Shown: piece after piece, positions 14,487 through 30,960 of the stretch
Position numbering within the stretch: position 1 is the stretch's first letter
Layout: each line of letters begins with the position of its first letter
Assembly: GCF_009914755.1 (NCBI RefSeq)
Contig: NC_060947.1
Origin: the human T2T-CHM13v2.0 reference genome, Homo sapiens
Length of the DNA: 64,000 nt
Reading direction: 5' to 3' (one strand)
Translations under genes and position numbers: made by a program
The notes under the pieces: generated by a model
The model's database searches: none
Told to the model about the DNA's origin: nothing
Seen by the model: only the letters and a program-made list of their open reading frames with translations

Positions 14487-14767
14487 TTTGAGATGAAGTC
14501 TCGCTCTTGTCCCCCGGCTAGAGGGCAATGGTGTGATCTCGGCTCACTGCAACCTCCGCCTCCCGTGTTCAAGCAATTCTCTTGCCTCAGCCTCCCGAGT
14601 AGCTGGGATTACAGGCACCTGCCACCACGCCCAGCTGATTTTTGTATTTTTAGTAGAGACGGGGTTTCACCATGTTGGCCAGGCTGGTCTTGAACTGACC
14701 TCAGGTGATCCACCCACCTCGGCCTCCCAAAGTGCTGGTATTACAGGCGTGAGCCACCATGCCTGGT
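14486..14767 (-). mobile_element. Alu (AluS-like)
   Basis: Reverse full dimer containing tgacctcaggtgatccacccacctcggcc. Confidence 0.93.
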
Positions 14768-15179
14768 CAGGATTTGGGTTTTTAGAGTTCAGCAATGAGA
14801 AGCTTTTGAAGCTTTTCACACCACTTTCAAAGTGGTGTGAGCCAAGGAATGATAACATCAGGTGTGCTCTTCTAAAAGATCACCCTGGCTACTCTAGGGG
14901 GAATGATCGTAGATTTTGAGACCACTGCAACCACGGCAGTGGCCCAGAGAAGTTGCTGGTAGAATTGGAGTGGTTAGCAGAGTTGAGACTGATTTAAGAG
15001 GTAGACATAGGAGACTGGCTTAAGGATAGCAGAGAAGGGGATGCCAGGGGTGACTTCTAGGTTTCTAGCTTTCGTAACCAGCCACTGAGATAGGGAACTT
15101 TGGAGAATAATGTAGTTTGGAGAGAGAACTGCATTTAGTTCTGGACATTTTTAGTTCGAGGTACCCTTGAGATCTTGTC

Positions 15180-16025
15180 AGTTCTGTATATCCAGCCATC
15201 TCCTGGGTATCTGTACTTGGTTCATTTATCATAATCTCAAACCAAGAGTTTCTAAAATCGGCCGTGTTCATCTTTCTCTAAAACCCCCTCCTGTGTTCTT
15301 CACATCTTTTGGTGGTACCACCACTATTTATCCCAGAGATCTGGGCCCAAAGCTGATTCATCTTTGAGTCTTCCCCAGTGGCTAGTCTCTTTTGCTTTCT
15401 ACCTCGGTCCTTCTCTACTTCTAGATCCTCATAGCCTCTCACTTGTACTGAAGTATCAGCTTTCATGGTTTTGAGGAGTGGTTGTAGCCCACTTCTTGCT
15501 AGTCCAGAATGCTCAGTGCTGCCAGATGAATCTTCATAAAGCACCAGTTAATCATGGCATTCCTGTTCTCCAGAAGCATCCTTTAGATCTCAGTCTCCCT
15601 GATCCTAGCCGTGTAGTACTCCCCAGGAAATTCCCATCACCGTTGCTGAAACCTGGCCTATATTTTTTTAAAATAAACTCTCCATGCTTTTCCCACATGT
15701 GCAGCTGATGTGACTCTTACTTGCTTCTCAAATGCCAATCTCCAGTTGCTCTTGATCCATCCTTTAAGGATCATTTTTAATGCAGTCATTGCCACAGAAC
15801 CTTCATGCTATCTAATCATCAGATATGGTTTGCCCTCCTTTGACCTCCCCTTTCACTTTGTGTGGACTTTGCCTATGGCTCTTGGCACTAGCAACCTGGC
15901 ATTGTAGTTACTTGAGTCCATGTGTCTTATCTCCCAGATAGAGCTAGGCCCTGAACTCCATGTGGGCAACTCTGCTTCTTAACTTCATGAACCCTAGGGC
16001 CCAGTAGAGTTTCTGTTACTTAGTG
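15180..16025 (+). mobile_element. L2 fragment, degraded
   Basis: atatccagccatctcctgggtatctgtacttgg...ataatctcaaacc; ends cctagggcccagtagagtttctgttacttagt. Confidence 0.55.
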
Positions 16026-16029
16026 TATG

Positions 16030-16077
16030 AGACAGACAGACAGACAGAGACAGAGAGAGAGAGAGAGAAAGAAAGAA
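16030..16077. repeat. (GACA)n(GA)n(GAAA)n compound microsatellite
   Basis: Directly visible. Confidence 0.93.
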
Positions 16078-16898
16078 TGCATTATTTTAGGTTATTTAAC
16101 TCCCCTATTTTCATGTCAATTACTTTAGGTAGTTAGAAGTACAAGGCATAGACTTTTGAGTTAGAATGGGCCTTTGAAAATCCTTAAATATTTAATGATA
16201 TTTAGATACTGATGACTCAGGTATCCAGAAAGTTCAGCTAATTTGCCTATTCCTGGATCTTGCAGTTTGGCCTGCTGGGTTATCTGACCTTGAATGTGTC
16301 ATTCAGGGAGAATGTAGCAAGTAACCTTATTAGACGGTGGGTGCCTTTGGTCAGAAGCTGGCTGGTTCTCCTCAGCGACCTGTTTTCTTTTTTTCTGTGT
16401 AGGGCCAGGGCTCTTTGAGCTATACAGTTTCCTCTGTACAGAGACAAAGAGTAGCAAGGTGTTAGCTCACTTTTAATTCTTCCACTTTTTTCAAACATCC
16501 TTGCTTCCATGTTGATGCTAGAGTATCAGACTTATTTAGTGTCTATTCTGTGTATTTTATGTATAAATTTGACATTTAAGAATACAGTTCACAGACACTC
16601 AAATGTCAATATGGTATATCTAAGCATAATAACAGACTGATACTGTGTTTTAAATAACTGCACTGTATCGATAAGTAAATACATGAAAATATGCTGCTTA
16701 TATACGTACACTGTTACTGAGTAGTATTTTTCTCTTTGGGCATTTAGGTTTCAGTCATGTCATGAGGTGTCTTACCCCGTGACATTCCTCCTTATAGGTA
16801 CAAACAGTAAGATCTGTTAGATGCTTGCTAGAGCATACTGATCCACTATATTTGAAGAGCACAATTACATCTTCCAAATACTAAGATATTCTTTGCCA

Positions 16899-17106
16899 TA
16901 ATAATAATAACTTCCATTGTTTTCTAGCTACTGGCATCAGGCACGACGCCAGGTACTTTAAACTCATTTTCTGTAATCATCTCTACTTTCAGATAAATGT
17001 GACTGAGTGATAGTAACTCACCACTGTTATCAGCTAGTAAATGTCAGGATTCAGATTGAGCCAGTTTTGTCCGCCTTAAGAGCTTGTACTATTTTCTCTA
17101 CATTAT
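16899..17106 (-). mobile_element. MIR
   Basis: tttcagataaatgtgactgag...cagctagtaaatgtcaggattcagattgagcc. Confidence 0.6.
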
Positions 17107-17124
17107 GATAATTATACTCGTACA

Positions 17125-17960
17125 CTTTTTTGCTTTTTTATTTTGAAATAATTATGAGCTCATAGAACTTGCAAAAATAGAAGAGGTCCTTTGTACCTAT
17201 TACTGAGTTCCCCACAATAACTATATCCCTTTATCAAAACCAGGAAGTGGATTGGCACAACTAGACTGACCATACTTGAATTTTAGCAGTATTTTTCCCG
17301 CACTCACTTTTTGTGTGCTTTTGTGCACAGTTCTGTAGCATTTGATCCCAGGTAACCACCATCAATAATCAAGACATGGAACTGTTCTGTCACCACAAAA
17401 GAACTCGCTCGTGCTGCCCGTTTAGAGTCGCGCTATCCCTCCCCTCAACCTCTGCAACCACTTCTCTGGGTTCCCTCTCTACAATTTTGTCATTTCAAGC
17501 ACATTATATAAAAGGAATCATATAATACCTTACCTTTTAAGATTGGCATTTCTCAGCCAAGTGTGGTGGCCCACGCCTGTAATCCCAGCACTCTGGGAGG
17601 CTGAGGCAGGTGGATGGCTTGAGCCTCAGAAGTTCGAGACCAGCCTGGGCCACATGGTGAAACCCCATCTCTACAAAAGTACAAAAATTAGCCAGGTGCG
17701 ATGGCATGTACCTGTAGTCCCAGCTACTTGGGAGGCTGAGGTGAGAGGGCTACCTGAGCCCAGGGAGGTTGAGGCTGTGTTGAGATCACACCACTGCACT
17801 TCAGCCTGGGTGATGGAGTGAGGTCCTGTCTCAAAAAAAAAAAAAAAGATTGGCGATTTTCATTCCACGTGATGCCCTTAAGATTCTTCCAGGTTCCATG
17901 TATCCATAGTTCATTCATTTTTCTTGCTGAGTGGTATTCCATGGTATGGATGCTCGCAGC
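17125..17960 (-). mobile_element. Old L1M (MC/MD-type) 3' fragment interrupted by an Alu
   Basis: ttttattttgaaataattatgagctcatagaacttgcaaaaatag...; resumes after the Alu with tcattttcttgctgagtggtattccatggtatggat. Confidence 0.75.
17555..17847 (+). mobile_element. Alu (AluJ-like)
   Basis: Full dimer with poly-A; TSD aagattggc at 17539 and 17846. Confidence 0.92.
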
Positions 17961-18051
17961 CTTACACTTTTTGAATTTCTAGATAACCCATGAGCTGCAT
18001 TTATATTTTATGAATAACTGCTTATTTTCTGTATTGTATTTTAATATAAAA

Positions 18052-18793
<742 letters not shown>

Positions 18794-19239
18794 GGGGGGA
18801 AAGAAAAGAAAAACTTTGTAGCCCCAAAAGGTTTTTAAGGAACAAAAAACCAAATAACCCTTAAAAATTTTTTTTCTTTATTTTTCAAACTTATCTATCA
18901 CAATATGAAAGAAAAGTTTGGATTAAAAATGGTGTAGCCCTTCATGTCTTTGTCCCTGTAAATAGATATTTCATGTTATTGTAGTCACCGTGTGTGTTGT
19001 ATGCTGCTGTTTCCCACTTAAACTTACTTTTCCATGTACCATAATTATTTTAAAAACTGTATACTTGTTCCAGCGAGTTGACTATAATTTTTTCTACCCT
19101 GTTATCTACCTCTAGCTCCATTGAACATCTTCCTTCTGTTAAGTGATAGCCATAAGTTCTTAGTAGCGAAATTATTGGATCAAAGAGTAGGACAATTTTT
19201 ATGGCACTTTTAATGTGTGTTTTCAGGCATTGCCTCGAG

Positions 19240-19420
19240 TCTCAACCCTGCCCTATACTTACTAAACAAGTTATTGAAGCTTTGAAAAACTTAGGAAATG
19301 GGGATACTTCACCTATATCCTGGAGCGGTTGTGAGGATAAAATGAGATGATGCGTGCAAAGCCCCTAATGTAGTACCTGGCACAGAAGAGAGGTATTTCC
19401 TACATGGCAGCTGCTGTGAT
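19240..19420 (+). mobile_element. MIR
   Basis: aaatggggata...ggttgtgaggataaaatgagatgatgcgtgcaaagc...cctggcacag. Confidence 0.8.
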
Positions 19421-19499
19421 GATCTCCTGGTGATGATTGTGCTATTACTTGACTAACATGATTCCATCATGCCAGCAGTCTTCTAGACCACTTGCACCC

Positions 19500-20040
19500 A
19501 GCGTTGGATAGCAAATGATGGAGAAGCCTTGCTGTGCATTAAGGCCCTTCTGCTTTGGGAAATGCACGCATGCCAGAGACAAGCACCATTTCCAGATGCG
19601 TGGTCTCTAGTGGGGGAATACATATGTGTAAATTCGTGGTAACAAGGCAGAGTGAAGCAAGTGGTTAACAGCAGTCGGAATCAAGTGCTATGGAACTTCT
19701 GAGGAAAAAGTGATGAATTCTGCCTGATCTAATTGGGAAGCAAGGCCTCATTAGAGGTGATGCTTGCTGAGCCAAGGCGAAAGTCATGGGGACAATTTTG
19801 GTAGCTGGGAAAGACAGATCATTCTAGGCAAAGGGAACACCCTGAGCAAAGCAGGTGGCTTGATCGTAGATGAAGCATCTGAAGAATGAAGAAGTTTACT
19901 TAGTTGGAGTGCAGAATATCGTGGGAGAGAATCCCACAGAAACAGGCTGGAAGTGATATCACGGACGTCCTGGAAATGTGTACCTAGGAGTTTAGTCTTT
20001 ACTCCAGAGGCAGTGCACAATGGCAAATGTTTGGGGATGC
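19500..20040 (-). mobile_element. L2 fragment
   Basis: aagtgctatggaac...attctaggcaaagggaacacc...ggagtttagtctttactccagaggcagt. Confidence 0.6.
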
Positions 20041-20188
20041 ATTTTGATTGCATAATTGACTGTTTTAATGCTTGCTCTGTCATGTGTGATCTGTATCATA
20101 TTTTTGTTCATAAAGTGCTAAAAGGGCCAAGGTAAAATCACTCTGAAAGCATATGGTTGTTTTTATATGTTTTTTGATGTTTTAATTA

Positions 20189-20383
<195 letters not shown>

Positions 20384-20789
20384 TAGTGTTGAATGATAGT
20401 AGACAATTAATGTGGATTTGAAAAAAAAAAATCAAAATCTCATGTTCATCTAAGGCCCTGGAAATGGTTCTTCCCTTAAGAACAAGCTTTTCAAAAGTGC
20501 CTGGGAAATAGTGCCCACGTGAGGGACCCACTGCAATCACCAAATACAAGGACTCGAGGAACTGGTCAGTTTGTTAGCTTGACTGAGTGGGAAGAGAACT
20601 TTATAGATAAAATTTCTTAAACCACTTTAGTTTTTGCTCCAGCTTGCTCCTGGCGCCCCTTCATGTCATATGTTAACATGAAGGAAGGAGGAATAGAAGA
20701 GATTTTGCCCTCTGTTAACGGGATGTGTCCTTACCTCTAATAACCTTCGTAACTTTTGCTTAGGTCATTTTCAGAGGTACACTTTGCTG

Positions 20790-20995
20790 TGATAGTAACC
20801 ATGTATTGAACATTTGTGTCCATCCAAACACATGCTAGGTGCTTTGCATTTGATCCTCAAGTGCAACCCTCTGAGATGGCGTGATGGGAGCCCGAGGCTC
20901 CAAAGAGTTGGGTAACTTTGCTAAGATAATTTCTGAAGGCTGGGACCCAAAAGGTGGGGATGTGTTCAAGCGTCTCGTGTGACTATGAACCACCA
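20790..20995 (-). mobile_element. MIR
   Basis: atgtattgaacatt...gctaggtgctttgcatttgatcctca...gaggctccaaagagttgggtaactttgc. Confidence 0.6.
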
Positions 20996-21003
20996 GTCCA
21001 GTG

Positions 21004-21183
21004 CAGGGCTTTGCAGACTTTTTCTGTGAAGGGCTCAGTAGCAAATATTTTAGGCTTTGTGGGCCACATCAGATTTCTGTTGTGTATTCTTCTCTGTGTG
21101 TTGTTTTTTCAACCCTTTTGAAGTGTTAAAAAAAAAAAAACAGTCTTAATTTGAAGACCTGGGCTGAAGTTTGCTGGCCCCTG
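21004..21183. mobile_element. MER58-like hAT-Charlie MITE
   Basis: cagggctttgcagactttttctgtgaagggctcagtagcaaatattttaggctttgtgggccac...agtttgctggcccctg; imperfect TIRs. Confidence 0.8.
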
Positions 21184-24010
21184 GCCAATCCAAGTCGTTC
21201 ATTGTATTGATAGAGAAGTGAGGCCTTTGCTGTGTGAGATTACTTGCCTTGTGTTGCCTAGGGAGCCAGCGGAAGAGCCAGAACCAAAAACTAAGTCTCC
21301 TTTTTCTAGTCTCATACACTGCGATTTCTCAAAACCAACATTGTGTGCTTATATTTGGATTATGCTGCAATATGGTGTTTTTCTTTCCGTTTATAAAAGA
21401 TCAAGACTCGTTTTTTCTATCAGAAACTAAAGGATAATGCCATTATTAAATCTTAACTGAAATTCACCACTACCATCCACCTCAGCTTTTTTTTGGTGGT
21501 GTTTTAATTCGAGCTACCTTAATGCTTTATCTATTATCCCAGCTACTGTCTACCCTTTGGGGCCTAGAAACATGGGAATTTACTTTGAAGGAAGACTTTT
21601 GTATTTTGCATAAAAGGATTTATGGGAGTAGAGTGTTTAATATTAGAGTGCTCAAGGGAAAATGGGGTTGCTATATTGACAGTTTTGAGGTGACTTTCAT
21701 TCTTACAGGGTTTAAAAAAACCTATTTTCTGCCTTATAATAGGAAAAACTTGTACTTAAATATCAATCCCCCCAAAATTAATGAGACAAAGCACATTTTC
21801 ACCCTTGACTATTTACGAACAAAAGGCGTAGGAACAACTCACCAAGCATAATTCTGAAATGTTACATATGTATATTTTTTGGAGTTAGCATGAGCCCAAA
21901 GGTGATGGCTTAGAACAATGTTGTAGCACAACCTTTTAACTAAATTGTCTCCCCAGAAACACTGACGTCACAGAGTCATATTCCATTTTCTCAGTAACAA
22001 ACCTGACATTGATATAAAGGAAATCTGCTTCGGTGAGATAAAAGACTCACTGTCCTGTCTCTCATAGGTCAACTTTCGCCTGCAGTCAATAACCATGATA
22101 CAATCGCATTTCTCTCTTGAAACAAGTAGTTACAACTCCTATAAATTTGGCTATGCCAGCAATGCACATAGAGATTTCTGCTTGCCAGTAGCAACTTTCC
22201 CATGGTAGATACAAGTCCCAGAGGATGTTGTCCAGCAGCAGGAGAAAGGTAGTTCTGAATATGCAAATTCTTACCCTGCAGGCCCCATACCAACCCCTGG
22301 TGCCTGTGTGGAGTCTTTCAAACAAAAAAAAGTGAAGTAAAACCATACCACCACAAAGCCTTCTCTTTCCTTCCCCACCTCACTCCCATGTACTCGCCTT
22401 AAAGACATAGTGTGGCATTTTGAAGTCAGCAGTCATGTGTGTTGTTTCTTTAGAAATGATGCCTCAATAAATCAACTCTTCAGAGTCGTTGCAGCAGGGA
22501 TATGTATTCTTCAACTCTTACTGTAGTGAGGCTTGGAACATCACCATATGACCCGGCTGTTAAAAAGGCTGAGGGTCTGACTAGGAGACTCTTAGCCCAT
22601 GTGGATCTTTCCCTGATGAGTCAAACTCTGAGGAGACCAGGTGGAACTTACCAGTTAGTCTGTGCTCCTATTTCTGTTACAGATTTGGTGATCTGCCGCC
22701 TGTGAGTCATTTGCCTTTTCTACTTCAGTTTTGTTGGCAAGAAATAATATTCTGTCTTTAATTGCATCTTAATCAGATGGCAAAAAGAAGTTACTTGAAT
22801 CACTTGTGCTTTGGCACATTAAAAGTAGCTGTTTGAATCACTGATAGATCAGAATAAATATTCATGTAGAGATGGTCTAATTTCTGGCCAAGCAGTGAAG
22901 AGAACGATGTTACAGAGTTACCATCTGACTTGCGGCTGTTAGGAAGAAAGTTCCTCACAGGGCCTGAGCCCTGAGAATGCTCAGCTCTCCAGTATTGCAC
23001 TTGTGGCTGGTCGTAAACCCTTGTAATGCATATCATCCCATTGAAATGATTATTCCCCTTATTTAACTGTTCATTTCATCACAAACCAATAACCAATAGC
23101 CCAATTTTCTTGGGAGGTGATATGAATGGGTTGTTGGACTTTATTCTGTGACATGCTTTTTAAAAAAGCATGGAATCGTGGAGCTGGCAAGGCCTAGTAG
23201 ATGTCATCTGTATACAGAGTGCTCAATCTCAAGTTCTTTATTAGTGGTCTCAGACTTTAGTTCTTCATACTTCATTTGCTGCTATTTGTGTTTGAGATGT
23301 CTTGTGAAGGCCATAGCCTGTGCTGGTCCTTCAGACTGAAGACTTGGGAAGCGTTAAGAGTGCTCTTGAGATAAGGAAGGAAAAAGCACCTTGAAAAAAA
23401 ATGAAGACTGTGATATCCAAGAGGGCAACAACTAGGTCTGTACCGCTCCTGAAGTGGCTCCATGGTCCAGCACAGCACTCCTTTATCTGAAATGAAAGTT
23501 TAAAGTGCACTGCAGAGCATAGGGTTCCAATGCAGAGCCATCACTCAGTCACAGCACTGTAATTGACTTTTTTTTTTAAGATACAACCTTAAAAAACTCC
23601 AGTCTTGAAAATAAGATAGAATGTTACATCTGTATATATAATACAAATTGACATTTAAAGGAGCTTATTTGGTTTGGATTTGGTTTAAGACAAAGTTTTC
23701 CTGCTTATTGAACAGATATGTATTGGAAGCTACCTTTAAAATCTGGTTTTGACTGTTTATTTTTAGTTCCCAAAAGTGTAGTTACTACTAATATGGGCTA
23801 CTTTAATGTGGCTTATATGGAACTCTGTGAAGGTAAAATTGTAGAATAAAAATATATGACTTGCATGAGGGCTTAAAATGTCAGTCATTTAGGAAGAGAG
23901 CTTCTGTATTTTAATGACATGTTTGACAATGTTGAGATTATATTTGATAGCAGGTACTCTTTAGAAAAGTTGTTTGAATAAAATAGTTTTATAATTAAAA
24001 AAAATATCAG

Positions 24011-24318
<308 letters not shown>

Positions 24319-24650
24319 TTTAAAAAATTTAAAAATACCTCAGAACCCAGTGAAAGTAGATGGATCATCGTAGATGTTGTGCAAGGCAAGGTTTGATTTT
24401 TTTTTCCTTTTTATAAAATGAATTTTAGCTCTGTCTTCTCCTTAGTGCTAGTTGCTTTATCTTGTCTTCACATTCATGGCTATGACGGAAATATTTTCAG
24501 GTGTTCTTAAGCCAGATATACCAAATTACCATATAAAACAAAGCAATTTTGTAATAATTTAGATTAATTGCCCTTTTAGGTAAGTGAATCTTCTCCCTTA
24601 ATTGAATGGAAGATTTCTTGCTAATTAACATGACTTTCTTTGAAGACTGA

Positions 24651-24830
<180 letters not shown>

Positions 24831-25899
24831 TGAAAACTGCCTGCAAACTGGGATCCTCTTTCTTTTAATGTCTGTGTTGTGTTTCCCAGTGTGATGTGTC
24901 TGCAGAGGTGTTTATTAAATAATTTCATCATTTCCAGAGGGAACAGGTCTCTCCCCTGTCAGTCAACTTTGGAGCTAATGAGCAATGAGTGTCAGGCTTT
25001 TGTGGCTCCAATTGTAAATGGGAACAAACTCTCTGAGCCTAAATGCCATTTGAACAAATACAGATGTGTGGTGTAGGTACTGCACCAATAGCTGAATAGG
25101 GGCAGTTTTATTTTTGAAAAGAATAACCTTTCAAATGTCATTTGATAGCATTTATTATGTAATTGTCAGGACCAATTTATTATGCATTTAATTAGTTGTA
25201 ATCTATGACTTAGTCCAAAGGTGATTCAGTATATGTACCTAAAACTTTTCCTTCCTCTTCACCAAACTACTGGAGTAACCTTACTCTTACTGCATGACTG
25301 AAATAAGGCTTTCTATGAGTTTTGCTTGTAGAACAATCTTTCTTTATATCCTGCCTCGGCCTTGCCTCCTTTTTTACTGCCGTGCCTTGCTTGAATCTTC
25401 TAACCCCAGTCCTCCTCCTCAGTTTGACTTGAACTTAGATGCAAATACCTGCTAAGGGGAGAGTGAAAAAATAATTATTTACAACATATACTGTATAAAT
25501 GCCTTTATCTTAAGTATAGGATGATCATATTGCAGACTAAACCGAAGGTGATGGAAGGGACCCTTAAGTAGAAGAGGCATGTGTTGAACGCAGATGAAAA
25601 TGTAATGCTTGGGAACAAATGTGCTGATCTCATAATTGAATCTATTTTCAGCCTTTTCTAAGTTTCTGATTAAATATGTGATTTTTAAAAATATGTCTAT
25701 ATTAGAGTTTTTAATTCTATTAGGATAAAAAGAGAGTCTGATGGGAACACATCTTCTTAATTATTATGAAAGTGAGAATGTGAGTCTAATTGATGAAAGT
25801 TCAATTAGGAAATGTGTTCTGTCTTGATTTATGCATATCTGGCCCTAAATTATCAGAAATTGACAGAATGGCAGGTTTGAAGGAGCTGAAGCCCCAGTC

Positions 25900-27585
<1,686 letters not shown>

Positions 27586-28039
27586 TGATGGCTTTCTTCT
27601 TGAACTCGGGTTAGTAGAAAGGAAGGAAAAATCACTATATGGAAACAAATGAGATGGATGTTTCTGAGTATTACAAATCTAACACCAAAACCTAGAAATC
27701 TCTGTTGCTGTTATTGGAGTCATCCACAGAGGGCTTGATTTCTCAAGTCTGTGGTACTTGGCCATATTTTTCATACCTGTGCTGAGAATCCCTGCTTCTT
27801 GTTTTAGGAAGTCAATAAAGTAAGAAACTGCCAAAAAAAAAAAAAAAAAAGTCAACTGAATTGCTCATATGAAGTTTTGGAAGGTGACATTATCTTAGGT
27901 TTTAATCACTGAAAGTCATCCTTAAAAAAAGTTTGCCAGTCACCAATACAATGCAAGATACAGATTGAAACAGATCAGCCCTTGACCCTGCTTTTGGAAT
28001 AGCAGTCCCTGATATTCAAGTCCACATGTGCAACTGTTT

Positions 28040-28900
28040 CATCAGTCAAGTTCATTTCATGTCTTGTGTTGGGTGGTGTCAGGATGCAGTGGGGGCAGTC
28101 AAGGATTTAGTAGTGTGTAGGATGAGTGATACCTAGTCCCATTGAGGGATGTGACAGTCAAACAGTAGTGATGTGACAAATATGTTTAGCCCCAACATAA
28201 GATAGTATACATTCATTTGTGCAAGAGAAACGCAAAGGAAATCCACGGGGGACTCACAGGAAGAAGAGACCACATCTAACCAAAATTGGAAAGGCCTACA
28301 TGGAATTGATAGTTGTTAGTATAGGGCCTTGAAGAATGGATTTAATTTCCAGTGAAGGACTTCTGAGGTCTGGGGCTTGAGTGATGAGGGTGGGGCACTG
28401 TCCACAGAGTAGGGAAGTCAGAAAAAGATTTTATTTGCAGAAACAGGTGGAAGAAAGGGGAAGGGGGAGGAACAATGAGTTCTGTTTTGGACACATAGCA
28501 TTTCATGTATTTTGACAGAATTGACAGCAAGCCACTGAAGGCCTGCCCCTCAGTAAAGAGTCTAGAGATATAGATTTGGAATAGTGGTTCTTAAGTCATT
28601 TGAAGTTATGGGCTCCTTTGAGAATACGATGTAAATTATAGTTTCTTTTCCCCTCAAACATGCAGTCATGTACAAAACCTTACCTAAAATTTTAGAGGAC
28701 TTCTGGCCCCTCTGAAGCCCCTTTGTAGGGCCCTGGTAAAGTAATCCTGGTATGTAATAGAGAAGTCCTGAACCAGAATCTTGGGAGAGGCCATCTTTTA
28801 GGGAGTGAAGATAGGAAAGGAGCCAGAAAACGGAATGGTTACAGAGGCGAGGGAAGAGCCTGGAAAGGATTAACAGGATGTCATGGGTGTCAGTGCTGGG
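28040..28900 (-). mobile_element. L2 fragment with an embedded hAT MITE
   Basis: aatgagttctgttttggacacatag...tctagagatatagatttgg; resumes cctgaaccagaatcttgggagaggccatc. Confidence 0.55.
28582..28750. mobile_element. hAT-Charlie MITE (MER103-like)
   Basis: tagtggttcttaag...ggctcctttgagaat...ctggtaaagtaatcctg. Confidence 0.5.
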
Positions 28901-30221
28901 AGAGCTGGGGAGATGGATCACAAGCTCCCTAGGGACCTGACCCTAACTGACCTGCTTAAAGTCGGGACCTCCTTTTATTATCTTTGCAACTCTAGTGCCT
29001 AGTCCAGTGCCTGGCATACGTTTTTGTTTTTTGGGGTTTTTTTTCTTTTTGAGCCTTTATAAATCTCAGAAAATGATCTCGGGGTGACGGGGACAAACAC
29101 CAGTTTGCAGGTGTTTAAAGGAAGCATAGTTGGTTTAAAAAAGAGTGGCAGGCATGTTGAGGGAAGAAAGTTTTTACCTTAGAATTTGAAAAAGGAAAAT
29201 GAATATATTTGTGGAAAGAAATCTTGCCTCTTTTCAAGGCAAGAGAGAGAAGGGATCTTTTCTTGAGCAGGATCCTGAAGAAGGCAGAGGGGGATGGGAT
29301 CCAGCCCAGTTTGTGGGGCAGTTTGGGAAAGGAGAAGGGACCATTATTTCTGTGAGACAGGAGGGGAAGAAAAGTTTCCAAACTGTCACAGTGGGGAATG
29401 TGGGAGTGTGCCAAAAAGGGCTTTCCTAGGAGGTAACATAAGCCTGATTGCCTTGAACAATACAAAGGGCCCCTGCTTGAAAAAGATCACTTTGTTAATA
29501 TTATTGGAACTGTTCAGCCAGCTGCAGATTATCTTAGTGATTTTTATTGGCATTTGAAGTCAGAAGTGAACTTGCTGTTGCATCTATGAAATGGTGTCTG
29601 GAGGCCAAGCAAGCTGGGTCCTGACTCCGGCCAGGTCATGAATACACCATGAGTGGGCTTTTTCATTTCAGACCACCCCTTTGGCTCTCTCTGGCCTCCT
29701 GTCCCATTAGTATTTTCACCACTCAGTGTTTTCAAGTCACGACTTAACACTTTGAATTGAACTTGAGCTGTTCAGCAACAGAGTTCACCCCAAACCATTA
29801 ACTTCATTGTTTCTGTGTTATGTCAATCTGGTAAGATGCGCACTTTTTTTAGTAACATTTCTATTTTGGCCAAAAATAGAAATTTATTCATTTATTTTCT
29901 TTTTAAAAATCTATTTGCTTTGCTTTTCAAACACTAGAAATTGTACTGAATTCTCATAAATTGCATGAAGCTCAATACTAGTTCTAGGTAAATGATATAT
30001 TTTAATAAATGTCAGTGTTTCTGATAGTATGGCGATTTTTTTAAGGCAGAAATTAAAATCATGTATAACTGAACAGAGCCTGATAGTGCTACAGAAAGAT
30101 AAAGAGTTTGATTGTTGGGGTGATAAGTTCAATGGCAAAGTTGTTCTTTTGTTGATTTTCTTTATTGTTTGCTCATTTTTTACTCAGATGGGATAATCAG
30201 AGATAATACACATATTAGATG

Positions 30222-30449
30222 AGAGTTTTTTAAACTGTCAATCCTAACCTATTAATGAGTCATAAAATCAATTCACTAGGTTGCAGCCAGCATTTTAAAA
30301 TAGAATAGAATAGAATAAGAGCATAACATAATATGGATAAGTGTGGCTACGTGAAACATTTCTCTCCGGTGTATGTGTGTATTGGGTCATGGTGTTGAAG
30401 TGCATTGCTTACCGTTAATCGTGGTCCAAAAAGTTTGAAAAACACCATT
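30222..30449. mobile_element. hAT-Charlie non-autonomous DNA transposon with internal (AATAG)n
   Basis: gttttttaaactg...aaaatcaatt...cagcattttaaaatagaatagaatag...ggtccaaaaagtttgaaaaacacc. Confidence 0.6.
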
Positions 30450-30719
30450 TTAGGTAATGGTAGAATATGTAGAATAAACTGCACTTTAAGTTATTGTAGG
30501 CGTGAATATAGTCACTTAAATCTGCCTTTATAGCAGTAGGCGCACATGGATTTTCTTGAATTTTAAGTGAAGGTTTAGAGTTTATGAATAAACTTGTGGG
30601 ATATAGACTCACACAAAGGAAGGCTAGGGCTAGAAGAAATGAAGCCTGAGACCTGGGTGCCAGGCTCATAGCAGCCACTGATGGGGAGACCCTGTGAGGG
30701 GACACGTTTGCAGAGCCTT

Positions 30720-30960
30720 TCTGGTGTGTGGTAACAAGCATGTGCCATTGGAGTCCAGTGGTCTATGTCTGAATCCAGCTCAGTCACTTACCTGCTTGGT
30801 GACCTTGGAAGTCACATAATGTTTATGTGCTTCTGTGTTCTCATCTGTAATGGAGATAATAACAGTCTCTACCCCGTTGGGGTTTTGTGAGGATTAAATG
30901 TAAAGTGCTTACGACGCTGCCTGGCACGCAGTAAGTACCCAATAAATGTCAGTTCTGTTC
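30720..30960 (+). mobile_element. MIR
   Basis: gaatccagctcagtcacttacc...ctcatctgtaatggagataataacagt...gtgaggattaaatg...cctggcacgcagtaagt. Confidence 0.85.
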
